Positions 12,566-27,165 of a stretch of 64,000 nucleotides of DNA are shown here, one piece after another (the first letter of the stretch is position 1; the number at the start of each line of letters is the position of its first letter). Origin of the DNA: the human T2T-CHM13v2.0 reference genome, Homo sapiens; assembly GCF_009914755.1 (NCBI RefSeq), contig NC_060947.1; one strand, 5' to 3'. The notes beneath the pieces are model-generated. The model was not told the DNA's origin and made no database searches. It saw only the letters and a program-made list of their open reading frames with translations. The position numbers and the translations under genes were made by a program.

Positions 12566-13171
12566 AAGGCAAATGTAAGTGAAAACTCATTCTTTACCAC
12601 CTACCCTTGTCCACACCACCATCAGGATGTAACTAGACTATGGCAATAACCTCTTAACTGGCCTTGCTGTTTGAATTCTTGCCTCTCTAAAACCTCTTTT
12701 GATCTAGCAGCAATGGTTGTTTTTCTACAACATATGAATCAGATCACCTGATTCCTCTGCTCAAAAGCCTCCAACAGTATTCCATCATACTTAAAATAAG
12801 ATGAATTCTCACATTGATCTACAGGGCCCCATACAAACTGGCCCCTGCCTCCCTCCTATTGCTAAAGTCCAACCATACTGGCTGGCTTTGTTTTTGTCTA
12901 ATAGTGCATGCTTAATACCACTTGAGGGCATAGTTGATTATTCATCAATCTGTTTGGAATGCCATCCTCCTCCCTCCAGATTTTGTATGGCTGGCTCCTG
13001 TACTTCATTCATTTATTTGTTTAAGTATCACCTCCTCAGAGAGAAGGCCACTGACAATCATAGCTAACTAAAATAGTATCCAGGTGCATTACATCATTTT
13101 TTGTCCCCTTGTCTAAGTTTATCTTTATGGAATTTATCCCAACCTAACACAATATATATGTATGTTTTAAT

Positions 13172-13368
13172 TTCTTCTTTTTAAATTTTGTGTGTACATA
13201 GTAGTTGTATATATCTATGGGGTACATGAGGTATTTTGATACAGTCATACAATGCATAATAATCATATCAGGGTAAATGGAGTGTCCATTACCTCAAACA
13301 TCTCCTCTTTATGTTACAAATAATCCAATTATACTCTTGTAGTTATTTTAAAATGTACAATAAATTAT
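13172..13368 (-). mobile_element. L1MA 3' terminal fragment
   Basis: GTACATAGTAG...TATGGGGTACATGAG...TTTTGATACAG...AATAATCATATCAGGGTAAATGG. Confidence 0.85.
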
Positions 13369-14629
13369 ATTTTATTCATTTATTACTTTCCGATTACAAT
13401 GCAAATTCCATGAAAGAGGGGACTTGATCAATCTTGCTTACTGCTCTATCCCTGGTGTCTAGAACTATCTGGCACACTGTTGGCACATTGAAATGTTTGT
13501 TGACTGAATGAATAGTGGTGGATATCACCTTTGTCCTTGGAAACTTCTTAATTCTGTTCTGTTTTGAAGCCAACTGAATATGTACACTTTTGTTCTTTCA
13601 TTAAGCTCAACATCTCCTGGAGTCTTTCCACAAAAATTCAGCTTCCTATTGAATAAATGCATCTACTTATGGCTTATTTACATAGTATAAATAATTATTG
13701 TACTTTGATTCCAGTGAATGCTTAATCCTCCTTCTAGTCCAGTTTATATTCCTGAGCTTCTGGGGTCTAGATTCTATTTTGTACCCTTATCTCTCAAGTC
13801 TAATTAACACCACATCTATTGGTCCCTGCTCCTCTATTACCCATGAGGCTGAATGCATCCTTTCATCCCTCTACCCAAGATTCTGAACTCTGAAATCTTG
13901 ACCTTACACACATCATACACACACATATGTTACTGTAATCTGTGACATTACTAAGTTTTTGAAAGTCAAAAAAACCCCACATATATTGAAAGATGCCAAA
14001 AAACATGGTAATGATATGCTTCCAACTTTTTAGAACAGCCCTAATTTCAGAGAATGTTATTATTTTCAATAACAGTAACTCATTTAAAGGAGATACAATA
14101 TATACAACTCTTGAAATTGTTAACATGAATATATCCACATATTGAAAATAAATATTTGGTCAGACTGTGTGTCCCAATTTAGGGTTCAGAAAATAGGTCA
14201 CTGTAGCCATGGTCTTATTGCCCTGTTAGCCTAGATTCTGGATCCCCACAGACTTTAGGAACAGCTCCCAGGAGTAGTCTCTGCCTTATCATATTGACAT
14301 ATTGTCATAATTTTTACTAGGAGGGTGGAAGTGAAAGTGGGGATGCTCAAGTTTGTAGGTGAGACCACAAGATGTTTCCTTTCTTCCAATATGTTCTCAG
14401 CTGTTTTAGCTGTGTGTGGAAACAGGGTTTCAAACAATATAGAAGACAGGAAGGATTTTGCTCAAAAAGTTGAGAGGTAGATCTTTTCAATACCCTTTTA
14501 TTTCTCTTTGTTTCAGCCTTCCCTCCCCTTTCCCCATACTTATATCCTCTCTTCTCCTGACACACATGCACAGGATTCCTTCATATTATGCACTGGCTAC
14601 CAGGGGCTTTGATTTGTCACACCTCAACC

Positions 14630-14760
14630 AGCCATCCATCCATCCATTCAAAAAAATCTTTATTGAATACTACTATCTCCTGGGAACTGTGCTTGGTTTT
14701 TGGGATAGATAAGTGGATAAAGCATGGTGCCTCATTGCCACTAGCTTAGAGTGTCTCCTG
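14630..14760 (-). mobile_element. L2 3' end
   Basis: (CCAT)n CATTCAAAAAAATCTTTATTGAATACTACTAT...GGAACTGTGCT. Confidence 0.6.
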
Positions 14761-14919
14761 AAAACTATTTTTTTTTCTTTATGTCTTATATACTTAGACT
14801 GGCAGCTCAGCTGATATTCTGTCGCTTTAGTAGTATTACCTATTAATGTACCTTTTTCTAAAAACATCAGTATTTTCTGTAGAAATTCATTGGTCTTCCA
14901 TAGTCCCTAGTACATCATC

Positions 14920-15110
14920 ATAATAACAATAATAGCTACCATTTTCAGTGCCTACTATATCCCAGGCAATGAATTAAGTGGTTCATATACATTTCACCTC
15001 TTAATCCATAACAACTAAGGAGAGAGGTTACATTATTTGCCCAAAGTCACCAACTAACTGGTAGCCAGGCTGGAATCTGACCCCAAATCACAGACTCACC
15101 ATACTGCTTA
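14920..15110 (-). mobile_element. MIR
   Basis: AATAATAGCTACCATT...AGTGCCTACTAT...CCAGGCA; TTGCCCAAAGTCAC. Confidence 0.7.
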
Positions 15111-15639
15111 ATGATAGGTTAGGTGTCTTAACCCAAAGCACAGCCATTTTGAACGGCAAAAGATTGTTTGAGAAATCTACATTGTACCTCCCCGATCATA
15201 CTAGGGATACAGCAGAGGACTAATTAGAAATATGGTGAACAACCAGGAGAGACTATTAACCCAGAAGTCAAAGAAAGAGAATTTCCAGAATGTGAATGGT
15301 CAACTTTTTTATATGCCTACTTGGGAGTGAAATCTGAGTTCTTTACTGAGGCATAGTTTCTGAGGTCTTTTCAGGGTTAGGTCCTCTAAGTAAGTGGCAC
15401 ATGTAATTTGATGCCTACAATAAAAGCATCATTCCTACCCAAGCCAAAAGAGCCAACTGTAAACCAAGGAATAGTGACTCTCTAGAGTTTTAGAAATTTT
15501 GTAAACTCTCATTGACTCAACTACCAATCGTTTATTTTAACTTGAACAGGCTCAGGAAGGAGACATACAGGGCAAAAAAAAAAATGTTACCTACACAAAT
15601 GACAACTGAAATCATGTATACAAACATGGTTTTAAATAC

Positions 15640-17040
15640 CTGCCCATTATTCTATTATAAATGATGTACTGTAATGTTTGTAATGTTTTCATTTTGTTGG
15701 CTTTTAGATTTTTTCCAGTCTTTCATCATTAGTACTAATAAGAAAAGGATTTTCCTTGCATATGAATATTTGTCTACATCCTGATGATTTCCCCTTGGTA
15801 ATTTTCTAGTTACAAGATTCTTGGGTTAAAGTTTAATAGCTTTTTAAGGCTCTTTGTACATATTGCTATTTACTTTCCAGAAAGATGATACTAATTTACA
15901 CTCCTCCAGAAGTCTAACTGTGAGAGTGCCTGTCTCACAACACCTTCACAAAAACTTAATTTATTTCTAATATTTGTGAATATGATTGTCCAAAAATCTG
16001 CTTTTAACTTGTATTTTTCAAATGTTTATTTTCCATGTATATTTCATTTCATTTCCTATTCTGATCTTTGTCATTTTCCTTTAGAGGTGTTCATTATTGC
16101 TTACTGATTTATAAGAGATATTTATATATTACAGACATTAGGCTTTTGTTATATATGTTGCATATATTTTCCCTATTTGTGATTTGCCTTTTCATTCTGA
16201 TAATGATGCTTTCTGACTAGGAAAAATTATTGGTTGCTGTCAATTGAAATCCAGCATCTTTTTCTTTTGTGATTTTTTTTCTATATGCTTATGATTAGAA
16301 AATACTTTCTCACCATCAAAGGAATTAAATAGTAAATTCTATTTGTTTCTATTCTTAAACTTTTAAAATATTTAACTCTTAAATGATTCAAAAATTATTT
16401 AGGTGTTGAGTGTAAAGTAAAACTCTAACATGAGATTTTATGGTTTATACTTGCCTCCCAAATAGCCATTTTTTCCAAGAATTATTTATTAAATGATTAT
16501 TTTCCCCTTTGCTTATGATGTTTTATAAAAATAATATTTTTTCAAGGATATCTGGTTCATGTTATTCACCTCTCCATTCTTAAAATTTTACCACACTAGT
16601 AATTACTATAACTTTGATGCATTTTATTATCTTATTCATGTTTTAAAAACATTTTAACTATTAAAATCTGTTTATTCTTCCAAAATGAACTTCAGAATAA
16701 TCATTTTAAAAGTAAAGGTAATTTGTTGTTGAATTTATATAAAACCTAGGAATTAATTTGGAATGTACTGTATCTATAAACCTATAATCAACTAAACAGA
16801 AAAAAACATATATTTTTAATATTCAGACATCCTAGTCAAGAACATGGTGTATGTCTCCATTTATTCAAATTCTACTTTATGTTTCTCGAAAAAAATTTGG
16901 TAGTTCTCAAGAAAATATAAGCCTTGCATTTTTCTTGCTGGAATAATTCCTAAAATTTACAGATTATTTATTTTAAAAATATTGTCGGTAAGTTTTCTTT
17001 ACATTTATAATTTCTAACTGGTTATTGCTGGCACATCAAC
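15640..17040 (-). mobile_element. Old, degraded L1ME-type fragment
   Basis: TTCCAGAAAGATGATACTAATTTACACTCC, TGAGAGTGCCTGT, CAAGAACATGGTGTATGTCTCCATTTATTCA. Confidence 0.7.
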
Positions 17041-17959
17041 AGAGAAATACAGTATAATTCATAGGGACTACATTAATAGGCCATTAAAAAAAGAAGAATA
17101 AGAAACACTCATTGCCACTTAGAAAACATATTCTCTGCTGGAAGTTGCCTGCTGCAGAATCAAAGAGTTATGATATTACACACTACCCATCAAACTCAGA
17201 GAATTTAAGGCCATGTTCTCATTCAACAGTCATCACTCTCAGATGGGAGAGAAACCATTTATCAAGACACAGGAAGAAAGAAAGTCGCTATCACACAAGC
17301 AAAAGTACTGGGACAAAAACAATGATTCTGATTAAATATTCAAAAGGAATTTTTAGTCTGCAATTGTGTTTGGCAAGTTTAAATCCCAAATGAAATTTTA
17401 GAGATATTATATGCCCTTGAAAAGCAGGTTTATAATGAAAATGCTGACAGACCTTAAGAGAGAATACTGTAATACATGAGCATCTCTACTGTCACTTATG
17501 TGTAAGTAATAGAATATTTGTATAGATAGGCAGGATATGTAAACTGGTAAGTTTTTTTCTCAGAATCATTGTCTTATTTATCATTTTCAATGTCAATTGC
17601 CTCTCTTTACTTTAAGTTACTATTAGAATATAACCTATAAAACTTTTCAATTCCTTAAAAAGTGAATATTATCAATATTTTATATACAAAATATATATTT
17701 TATATACAAATTGTTGATTCAGTAAATCTAAAATCCACTGAAGGCATTGTAAATCTATGAAAATCATTGGTCACAAATTGCAGATTTCTTGCATAGAAAA
17801 CAGCTAAACTTTGGGGACAACCAATATAAAGCATGAGAATAATTCTTAACTACAATCTGAAGTCATAGATGAAAGATGAGTAAAAATATGAGGTCACATT
17901 GCTTTTCAGACTCATTAATAAGCTTTGTCTGATCAGCTGTGATCTTCTATCAGCTTCTC

Positions 17960-18965
17960 TTAAGATAACTAAAATTAAAAGCAAAGAAGTGAAAATACAA
18001 AGTGAGCCTAGAGCATCCTGTTGTAACAAAAAGTAAGTAAATGCTCAAATAAAACACTAAAACCCTACATTGCTGGAAGTATGTCTAAGGGACACAGGAA
18101 TCAAGTGAAAGAGCCCCCAAAGACCAAAACTGGAACAATTCGAGAAACAAAAAAGTAAAGTAGTATTGGATTATTATAACCCAAAATAAAAAATAAATAT
18201 TTGTAAGTCCACACTGATATATATAAATGATTGAATAAATAAATAAATGGTGGAGATGAGGCAAATATCCTGTGAAGCAGTCCAAATAATTTGTGTAGAT
18301 ACTGTGCCCTCAAGGATGTGGAATATCCCTTCTCATTAAGTATATAGGCTGCACATAATGACTTCCTTCCAAAGACTACAGTATAGAAAGGTGGGTGGGA
18401 GGAGTAACTTTACAATGGAGAAATCTTACAAACATTCCCTCTACCAGGTGATCTAAGGCCAGCATTATCAGTGATAGGTCATGTTGATAACATTTACCCT
18501 TGATTTGATTTGAATTAAATGGCATTTTATATGCTTCTATGATCTTCCCCTCAAAAATCCAAACCCCAATCTAATCATAGGAAAAACAAGACAAATTCCA
18601 ACAGAGGGATATTTCATAAAACACCTAATCAGTACTGCCAAAGTCATCAAAAACAAGGAAAGTCTGAGAAAATGTCAGAGCCAAGAATAGCCTAAGGATA
18701 CGTAACAACTAACTGTAATGTGGTATCCTGGATGGGATCCTGCAACAGAAAATGGACAGTAGGTAAAAACTAAGGAAATCTGAATAAATCAGGGACTTTA
18801 GGTAATAATAATGTATGAGTGTGGTTCATTGTGACAAATATATCAAAATAATGCAAGATGTTAATAATAGGGGAAACTCCATGGAATGGAGGATGGTTAA
18901 TCTCTGTACCATCTGCTTAATTTTTTGAAAATCTAAAATTGATTTACAAATAAAGCTTATTAATT
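17960..18965 (+). mobile_element. L1MC/L1MD-type 3' UTR
   Basis: AAGTCATCAAAAACAAGGAAAGTCTGAGAAA, TGTGGTATCCTGGATGGGATCCTG, GATGTTAATAATAGGGGAAACT. Confidence 0.85.
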
Positions 18966-19127
18966 TTTTTAAAATTTTTTTTAAAGAAGTAACAAAAAGG
19001 TGAGAAAAATTAAGGAGTTATAGTGAAGAAAGGGGGGGAAATTGACCTGTTGGAGCAAAATGAGTATACAGACAAAAACAGATAAGCCTTTCTGAACATC
19101 AAATCCACTTTATCTAAAAGTCAATGT

Positions 19128-19243
19128 GAGATACAATGTACGGTATTTGGGTGATGATTACACTGAAATCCCAGACTTCACTACTATGCGATATATCCAT
19201 AACAAAAATTGCACGTGTTCCCCTTAAATTTATACAAATTTTG
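19128..19243 (+). mobile_element. Short L1MA 3' terminus with TSD
   Basis: TTGGGTGATG...ACACT...CCCAGACTTCACTACTATGC; TSD AAAAGTC(A/G)ATGT at 19116-19127 and 19244-19255. Confidence 0.8.
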
Positions 19244-20574
19244 AAAAGTCGATGTCATAACTCATGACAGTAGGAAATAAAATATATTGAGTCAAATCAT
19301 AGCTTCAAAAATACCTATACACTATAAAATCTTAGTGTTCCCCATCACCAGTGACGTAAAAAGGACTCACTGTATTCCAAATTACCCCAAAGACCACTTA
19401 CTTTAGTTCATTTTCCTAAATGGGATGCCAAAAAGAGGGATCATAAAGCCGCATAGAGGTTTGTCTCAGAAACTTCAATATCAAGCATAAATTCTAGCCA
19501 TAGGATCTTATAGCTCAAAGGACCTCAAAAAGATCAACTGGGGTGCTGGTCTCTTATAAAGGTCTGCAGAGAGGTTGATAAATTTTCGGGGTCATTTTTA
19601 CGGTTAAAGATACCTCTGTTATAGTTTTCCCAAATTCATTGGTAAAACCAATTATTTTGTAAGACCCAATTTTGTTAAAAATTCCTAGCATTATCTACAG
19701 CCAGATCATTTTAAGATTGCTGGGTTTAAGACTATTTATTGGGGACACCTAGCTTTATTCAACTAAATTCCAAAAAACTGCTTAAAATTGAAAAGCAGAA
19801 GGAATGCCTCATTGTAGTTGATATATGAGAAGATATCATCCCCTAAGGGTATAGTAAACATATTTCTCAGTACTGTATGGTTTGGCACACAGTAGGTACT
19901 CATAATCTAATTGTTGAATGTGTGGATAAATGAATAAATGGGGCAGCCTTTCAACACATTTAGTTTAAAGGCTCATATAATTTAAACATGTCATGTCTCT
20001 TAGTTGGTGGCTGGATCTATTTAGAGCCTTTTGAGACAGAACTCAAGAAAAATATTTGGCATACTGTAATACCAAGTGGGAGGAGACTAAGAATGGCAGT
20101 AGTTGGGGAAGGGAGTAAGTTGAATCAACCTCCTTGTGGGGTTTCAGCCATGGAGAAGCATAGGGAATGACATTTAGGAGCATAGTCAAGTGGTGAACAT
20201 GGCCCTTTGGGAAGGCACTTCTGGGGAAGATGTAAGCTACTGGCTTATTATATTCATGCTTAAGAGGATAAAAGGAGGTGCCAGATAGAAAATTTAGGGG
20301 TCTGTGTATGTTTGTCTGTGTGTGTCAAGTGTTCCATCATTGTCAGCTACTCATTCTATCTCACTCTATTTCTCTTTGTATCCCTGCCCCTCCTACTCCC
20401 CACATTACACAAAAGCCTCAGCTAGTGTGTGACTTTTGCAATCCAGTAATTACCTGTCATTATCTATGCCATCTCTTGCTTTAATTTCACCAGTTTTCTT
20501 GTAATGTTGTTTATTCTTTCAAGTGTCTGGAATTGGAGGCTTCAAATGAAACCCGAGCTGCTTACTTGTCATTC

Positions 20575-21530
20575 TTCCATTTGCTCATTCAATAATATGT
20601 AGGGACTTTCCACTGTATGTCAGGCACTATGCTAGAAGCTTGAGAAACAAAGATGACTAAGGCATGATGTTCACCAGGCTATTAAGGACAGAAAGGCACA
20701 CAAACAGATAATTGCAAGGCAATGTGGAGATGCTGTAATAAAAGTATGCAAAGGCCAGATACGGTGGCTCACGCCCATAATCGCAGCACTTTGGGAGGCT
20801 GAGACACGTGCATCGCTTGAGGCCAGGAGTTCGAGACCAGTCTGGGAAACATGCCAAAACCCTGGCTCTACAAAATATACAAAAAAAAAAAAAAATAGCC
20901 AGACATGGTGGTACACTCCTGTAGACACAGCTATTTAGGAGGCTGAGGTGGGAGGATCACTTGAGCCCAGGAGTTAGAGGCTGCAGTGAGCCATGATTGC
21001 ACCCTTGCACTCCAGGCTGGGTGACAGAGCAAGACTCTGTCTCAAAAAGAAAGCATGCAAACACAGCCATGAAAATATGTAGGACTTAATGCTGCCTAGG
21101 GGTGGACTGGAAAAGGTGTCATATGGAGGCAATATTTCAAGTAAGTCTTGCAGGATGAGTAGAAACTCACCCTGTCCAGAAGGTGGGTAAGATATTTTAG
21201 GAAAGGGAACACAAATACTTGCATAGACCAAGGGACCAGGATATAAATGTGCATGGTATGACCAGAAAACAGTGACTATGACTGCATCAAGGGGAATGGG
21301 GGAAAATTACATTATAACACTTCAGATTAGGAAGGACTTTGTTCGCTATGTTACATATTTTAGATTTTAATTTGCAGGCAAAGAAGAGTTGAAAGCAACT
21401 CAGTAACATGATTTGAGTGGTGAATCATTTTTGCTATGTTGTGGAGCATGGACTGGCAAGTTAGTGGAGAAGACTAGAGACAATCATAGTTAGAAAATGA
21501 CAGATGATGACAGCCTGAGTTAAGGGACCT
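20575..21530 (-). mobile_element. L2 fragment interrupted by an AluJ
   Basis: CATTCAATAATAT...CACTGTATGTCAGGCACTATGCTAG; degraded L2 similarity resumes after the Alu. Confidence 0.6.
20753..21047 (+). mobile_element. AluJ
   Basis: Full dimer, GGAGGATCACTTGAGCCCAGGAG; TSD-like AAAG(T/C)ATGCAAA on both sides. Confidence 0.92.
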
Positions 21531-22094
21531 GCAACAAGAAAGTAGAAAGAAAAAAAAGATGAAAACATATTGGTAAAACACGCCTGTTACTCAAAGACAG
21601 GAGGAAAAGAGAAAAAAAAAAGCTTGATAACATTTTAAAGACGAGGATGAGCAAAGTTGAGGGAGTTCATGCTTGATGACTTCCATTTTCATGATGAGAT
21701 TTGGAGAACCTAATCATCTAATTTGAAGGAAGAAGACACAGCTGGAGATGGCTATTGGGTGGAATGAGAAACAAAGCTGACTGTGGAGGAATAAAAAGAC
21801 TGTCTTTTAAAAGAAATGCTGAGGGTTCCACTACATTTGGACACCTCAAATTGCAGCATAGCCAACTAACAGGAAACCAGGTAGGTTGAGTGTGTTAAGC
21901 AAATACCACCAGGGAGTCCAGAGAGCTGATTCATGGGGGTATAAGAACAGATGGCAAGACACCTGCCCTCAGGTAGACATAAAACCAAGAAAGCCATTTC
22001 ACAGGTAAGGGGACTAGCCCAGTGTGCATTCACAATATAAGTTTATAAGATCCCAATTTATCAGCTAGGTAACCCAACACATAAACCTAGGAGA

Positions 22095-22436
<342 letters not shown>

Positions 22437-24410
22437 CTATCTGCCAATGCGATGTTTTGAATAGAAAAATACCCTTAGGAAAATAGAAAAAAGAAGCTTC
22501 CAAAAATCTCTACCAACTGCTAAAATTATGCCGCACCCTTGTATATAAATTTATTTTAATTAAAGCACACATCAAAATGAAACTGTCTAGAATGTGACAA
22601 CTCAAAGAATCTACCAAACACATTTCCTTCCTAATCAGCTTGTCAATCTAAGGATCCCAACAGAAGTAAGCTATTCAATCAAAAAAAGGATTGGGAAAGG
22701 TTCTGTTAAACTTGATTAAGTATTTTATGCATTATAAGATTATCATTCTTTCTGATACTACTTTACACTTCCAGTTTTGTAGACTTTATAGCAGCCAAAA
22801 GAAGTTGTAGAACTAATTTAACATTACTCTCAAAAATGTCACCAATGGAAACAACAATTTAAAAAATCAAAGACACATTAAAAGGAGTCATATGAAAAAC
22901 AATGCATTTTAGGGAAGTAAAATGCAACAGTAGATGTGATATCAAAAAATGTAGATGATAGAAAAAACAATTTGGGGATGGAGCTTAATTCTATGGTCTA
23001 ATGTGAGTAAAGTAGGAATTTGTGAACCAGAGAAATCATAAATTAATATGGGTTCTGAACCAACTCCTACCAGAAAATAATAAGGAACAGATATGGAACA
23101 GAATTAAGTAAGTGAATCACAGATCAATTTATAAAAACAATTAGCAACCAACACACAGAACATTCTTTATGATTCAGTGTTGTTTACTAAAAATATTTCG
23201 ATGAATGGTAAGCGTTTTCCAGTAGGCTTTTCTCCACAATCCTGGAGCTAGTAATAATTATAAGGATATTATTGGAACTTGATTTTGTAGCTATTTATTC
23301 TTAGGTTACTTTTTAGTATTCCTGCAGAACAACTTATGCCTGACAGCAGAATCTATTAATGTAGCAACAAAGCTACTAGAACTTCCAGTTGCTTTTCCCA
23401 TTCCTGTGTGAATAACAACCTTGTAATATTATTGCTGATAAGTGTATTCTGTATGGAATGGGCACTTCTCTACAGAACTAATTCTACTAGAGAAATTAAA
23501 GAAAAAAACTTTATTAGCAGAATAGGATTATTGTAGGCCACCTGTCAATTTCTGAAATGTTTGTAAGATTAGCTCAGTGGACCTAGCACCAGCTGATTTC
23601 TGTGATCTGGTTTGCTGCTCTCAAATCTCAAAATATTCAAAACATAGCGGCATGGGTCCTCTCCTCTCTGCAGCTCAAACCCCAAAGGGCCAGATTACAG
23701 CACAAAGAGTCACTTCCTCTAAGTCCCAGAGGCAGCCATTATATAAGAAATGGTTCTCTGAATTCCTGAATTCACATAAATGTAAAGTATCATACATATA
23801 TTCTATCAGTCAACGTGCACCAGAGGTGATTTTCACCTAAGGTAAATATTATAGATAGGATGATGATTCTGCTTTAAAATAGCAAAGAGAGTCATTTCTT
23901 TGTCTCATAAATCATTCATTTCTTTCTACTCATGTACCAAATTTCATTGAAATTTAATAACATTTACAGCGTATATATGACCATTTAAAATGTTATAGAG
24001 AGTCAATCTGATTTATTTATACATGCCCCATTTTCCATTAACTTGATCAAGGTCACAAAGCCTGGAGATACTGAAATTAGAAAGAAAATCCAGGGCTTTA
24101 TGGCTTTCTGACTACAAAGTCCCAGTTCTTTTTTTATTGTACTGTTAAGGTATCATTTACCTTACTAAATTATCATTTCAAGAAATATTATAGAAAGAAA
24201 AGCATTGTTCTGGGAGGGACCAAGTCATTTAGCTCCTAAAACAGGGCAAATTCTCTATTAAAGGGTCTTGTCCCTTCATATACAGTTATAAGACACATGG
24301 GAGCAGAGCCAAAGTCTGAATGGAAACTGATTGCCAGGTCTGCACTCATTGTGAAGCACCTTTGTTTAAAATACAATAAGACTCTTCCTCTGCGTGGAAG
24401 AATTACCACA

Positions 24411-24429
24411 AGGTGCCACCTTCAGGCTG
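24411..24429 (-). promoter_or_regulatory. CTCF-like motif (sequence match only)
   Basis: Minus strand CAGCCTGAAGGTGGCACCT versus core CCASYAGRKGGCRS. Confidence 0.25.
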
Positions 24430-25319
24430 AACAACTATAAAGGGCCCACTGTGAGTTGAATGCAGGCTATGTTACAGTTCAAATTCACGTCCCCCTCAGC
24501 AGGGCCTCCTTGTGCAGAAAGTAATTTGTACCAGCGTCCCTGAGGCCCTGCTGACTGTCTGATATCATCTATTGAATTTGTTCTCTGAGGCTGTCTCTTC
24601 AGAGGACTTGGGCTGTTGGCTGGTCTCATCCTCTGAATCCTTACAGGACTGGTGATAATTAAATCTCATCATACTTTTAATATTAAATAGGGGTCTACTC
24701 CACCCAAAGATATTTCACTCAGAGCCATGGTACATGTATTTCTGTAACTTAGGCTGTACCTAAGAAATGAAAAATATCCAGACAAAATTTTAATCAAATT
24801 AGCTGCCTTTGATAGGGAAACAAAATGTCCAGAGCCATGTCCTAAACATAAATTATCTTAAAGAAGCCCACTGCCACTTTGACAAATTCAGGCGAGTTAA
24901 GTATCCAATGGGAAGGGACCATTATTTTGTTTTTATTTGTTTGTTTTCTGACTGACTGTCTGGACCACATCTTGGCCTAGCAAGAGCAGTAGATCCTATT
25001 ACCCTACTTGTCCTACTTACAAGATGCATTTCAGCCCAATGTGGTGTTATGATTGAGATATGTTTTGGGTTCTATTGATGTGGTGACTGTGTGAAACAGA
25101 TTTTCTGAAATGGTCTGAATTTCAAATATGCTACCGTGTTGTATAAGTCAGGTGATATAATCCATCATCATCATGAAAATAGAAGACTTCTGAGAAATAT
25201 GATTATTTTGATTGTCAGAACCTTGTGCAAATTAAAGTCTCATTTTTAACATGCCAACTTTTCGTGGACATTTTAAGGGTTTTTCTTATAGATAAAACTT
25301 AAGAGCTTAAGAATCACTT

Positions 25320-25570
25320 ATCCAGTTTTTAATGTGTGTAAGGCAATGTGATAAGTGCTTCACTTGAATACACTTCATGTAATCTTTAAAGCAATCCTAT
25401 GAGGTAGGTATCCATCATCATCCTTTTTTCATCTTACAAATGAGGAACTGATATTTAGACACATAAAATAACTTATTCAAAGTGACTCAGCTAGAAAATG
25501 GCATGGTGTCAATCATGAACTCAGGTCTTTTCAGTCTCAGAACTTGAGCTCTCTAGTGCTTCTGACACAC
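25320..25570 (-). mobile_element. MIR
   Basis: AATCCTATGAGGTAGGTAT...CATCTTACAAATGAGGAACTGA...TAACTTATTCAAAGTGACTCAGCTAG. Confidence 0.75.
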
Positions 25571-26379
25571 TCCTTTGTAAGTTGACCTTAACAATGAACA
25601 TTTAAAGATGCTCTGATATTGAAAAGTAGATTCAAAATCTCAGTAATACTACACTAGGGATTTGCAAACAAAGCAAAAAAATCTTCTCCAGGATCCAATT
25701 TAGTGTTAATAAGTAGTTGGGGCTAAACCTTTGCAAACATACTTGCATAAATATAAATAAAGTACATTTAAAATAGGATGTCTCAGGTAAGTTTGGGCAA
25801 CAGATTGGATTTTTTTTTGCTTTGTGCAGAGATTAATTAACAATAAGCCACCCTAAACCTGCAGTTAGTTATAGAAAAATTAATTAATACACATCTTTTA
25901 AGTTAAATGTTTAAACAGCAATTATATTTAAATACTTCATTTGAAAGCTGTGCCTCCCACACATTTAAAAGTATCTATTATTTTACAAACTATACTAATT
26001 AGCGTATACAACTTCAAGAAACTATTCCTTCAGACAGAAAATTACAATACAAACGCAAATATACCGAAACCATACAAACTAAATTATCTATGCACAGAAA
26101 GACACCATGGATGTTTTAAGATATTCCAAAAACATATTCTGCAAAATATGAGGCAGGATTTTGACCAACATTACTTCTTCAAAAGAGATGGCATTGGTTT
26201 TATGAAGAGCTGATGAGCCACTATATTTAGAAACCATATTATTACCAGTTTCTCCTCAGAAAAAAATTGGAGAGCTAAAAATAGGGAAACATGATTTGGC
26301 TCTTGAAAAAAAGGTTTGCAAACCACAAAGGCTAGAGGCATGGATTATTGGAAACTCTCTTCTGAAAAATTTTTTACTA

Positions 26380-27165
26380 ATTTGGGAGATTAACAGTCAG
26401 AATCAATGGGTGATGGTTTATAGAGTGATACCAACCTTGTCCAGTCCTGCTCATCATTTCCAATCAACAAAATGAATAAAGATGAAGAGAGTATGCTTAT
26501 GACATCAGTGAATAGTACAGATCTCAGACTGCTGAAGAATGTACAAGATGACTTAGCCTGGATCCAAAAAGCCAAGCTGGAGAGGTAGGGTGGTTCCAAC
26601 AAGACAAAATGTAAAAACGAAGACCAATACTTAAGACCAAAAAGTCAAGCCAAACAAAACATGCTGATGTGGCTAAACAGCAAGTTGTGCTAAAAAATAA
26701 GACTCAAGAAGTCAAAGGTCAGTTTTATATGAATCCAAAAAGCCAATGCAATTTTAATTTGCTTTAATAAATATGTATTATCTGGAAAAAAACACATACT
26801 ACAGTGAGTTTTCTGTGGAATGAAATACTAAAGCATGTTTTCTTGGAGAAAGAGTTTCCATGACCAAATAAGTTGGGGGATACTCCAAGTTGATATAAAC
26901 AGGTTTATTTTCTACAGGAATACTCAAAGTCGATATGGTGACTATTGCTTCTCAAAGTTATTTGAACATGGAACACTTCTTTTTGTAGTACCTCTTGAGG
27001 CTGGTGTTAAAGAGAACACTCTTGAGAAAACACTGAACAAGGGCTGTCTCAGGAGGCAGTTCTCTGTAAGTGGGACTCTTTTTAAAAACAGAAGAGATCC
27101 AAACATCAGATGAGTGTTGGTCTAAATGACCATAAGGTTTCCTCCTACCCTCGAAGTCTGTAATA
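26380..27165 (+). mobile_element. L3/CR1 degraded fragments flanking a MER103
   Basis: GATCCAAAA...AGCTGGAGAGGTAGG...CCAACAAGACAAAAT resembles the CR1 RT region; GGTCTAAATGACC...AAGGTTTCCTCC resembles the L3 3' end. Confidence 0.5.
26802..27035 (+). mobile_element. MER103-like (hAT-Charlie) element
   Basis: CAGTG...ACCAAATAAGTTGGGG...AAACAGGTTT...CTCAAAGTTATTTGAACATGGAAC...GAACACTCTTGAGAAAACACTG. Confidence 0.65.

Larger units (their letters stand above)
11620..13513 (+). mobile_element. L2 (L2a-like) 3' region, interrupted by two L1MA insertions
   Basis: GGCATCTCAAATTCAATAGGTCCAAAA; TCAGATCAC...TCCTCTGCTCAAAAGCCTCCAA; terminal TGGCACA...AAATGTTTGTTGACTGAATGAAT. Confidence 0.75.

Noticed and set aside
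13930-14210. Possible hAT-Blackjack-type terminus (GAAAATAGGTCACTGTA)
   Set aside because: A single short motif; family not assignable.
24435-24629. 64-aa minus ORF with protein-like composition (MRPANSPSPLKRQPQ...)
   Set aside because: No recognised homology and no convincing splice sites; its length is compatible with chance.
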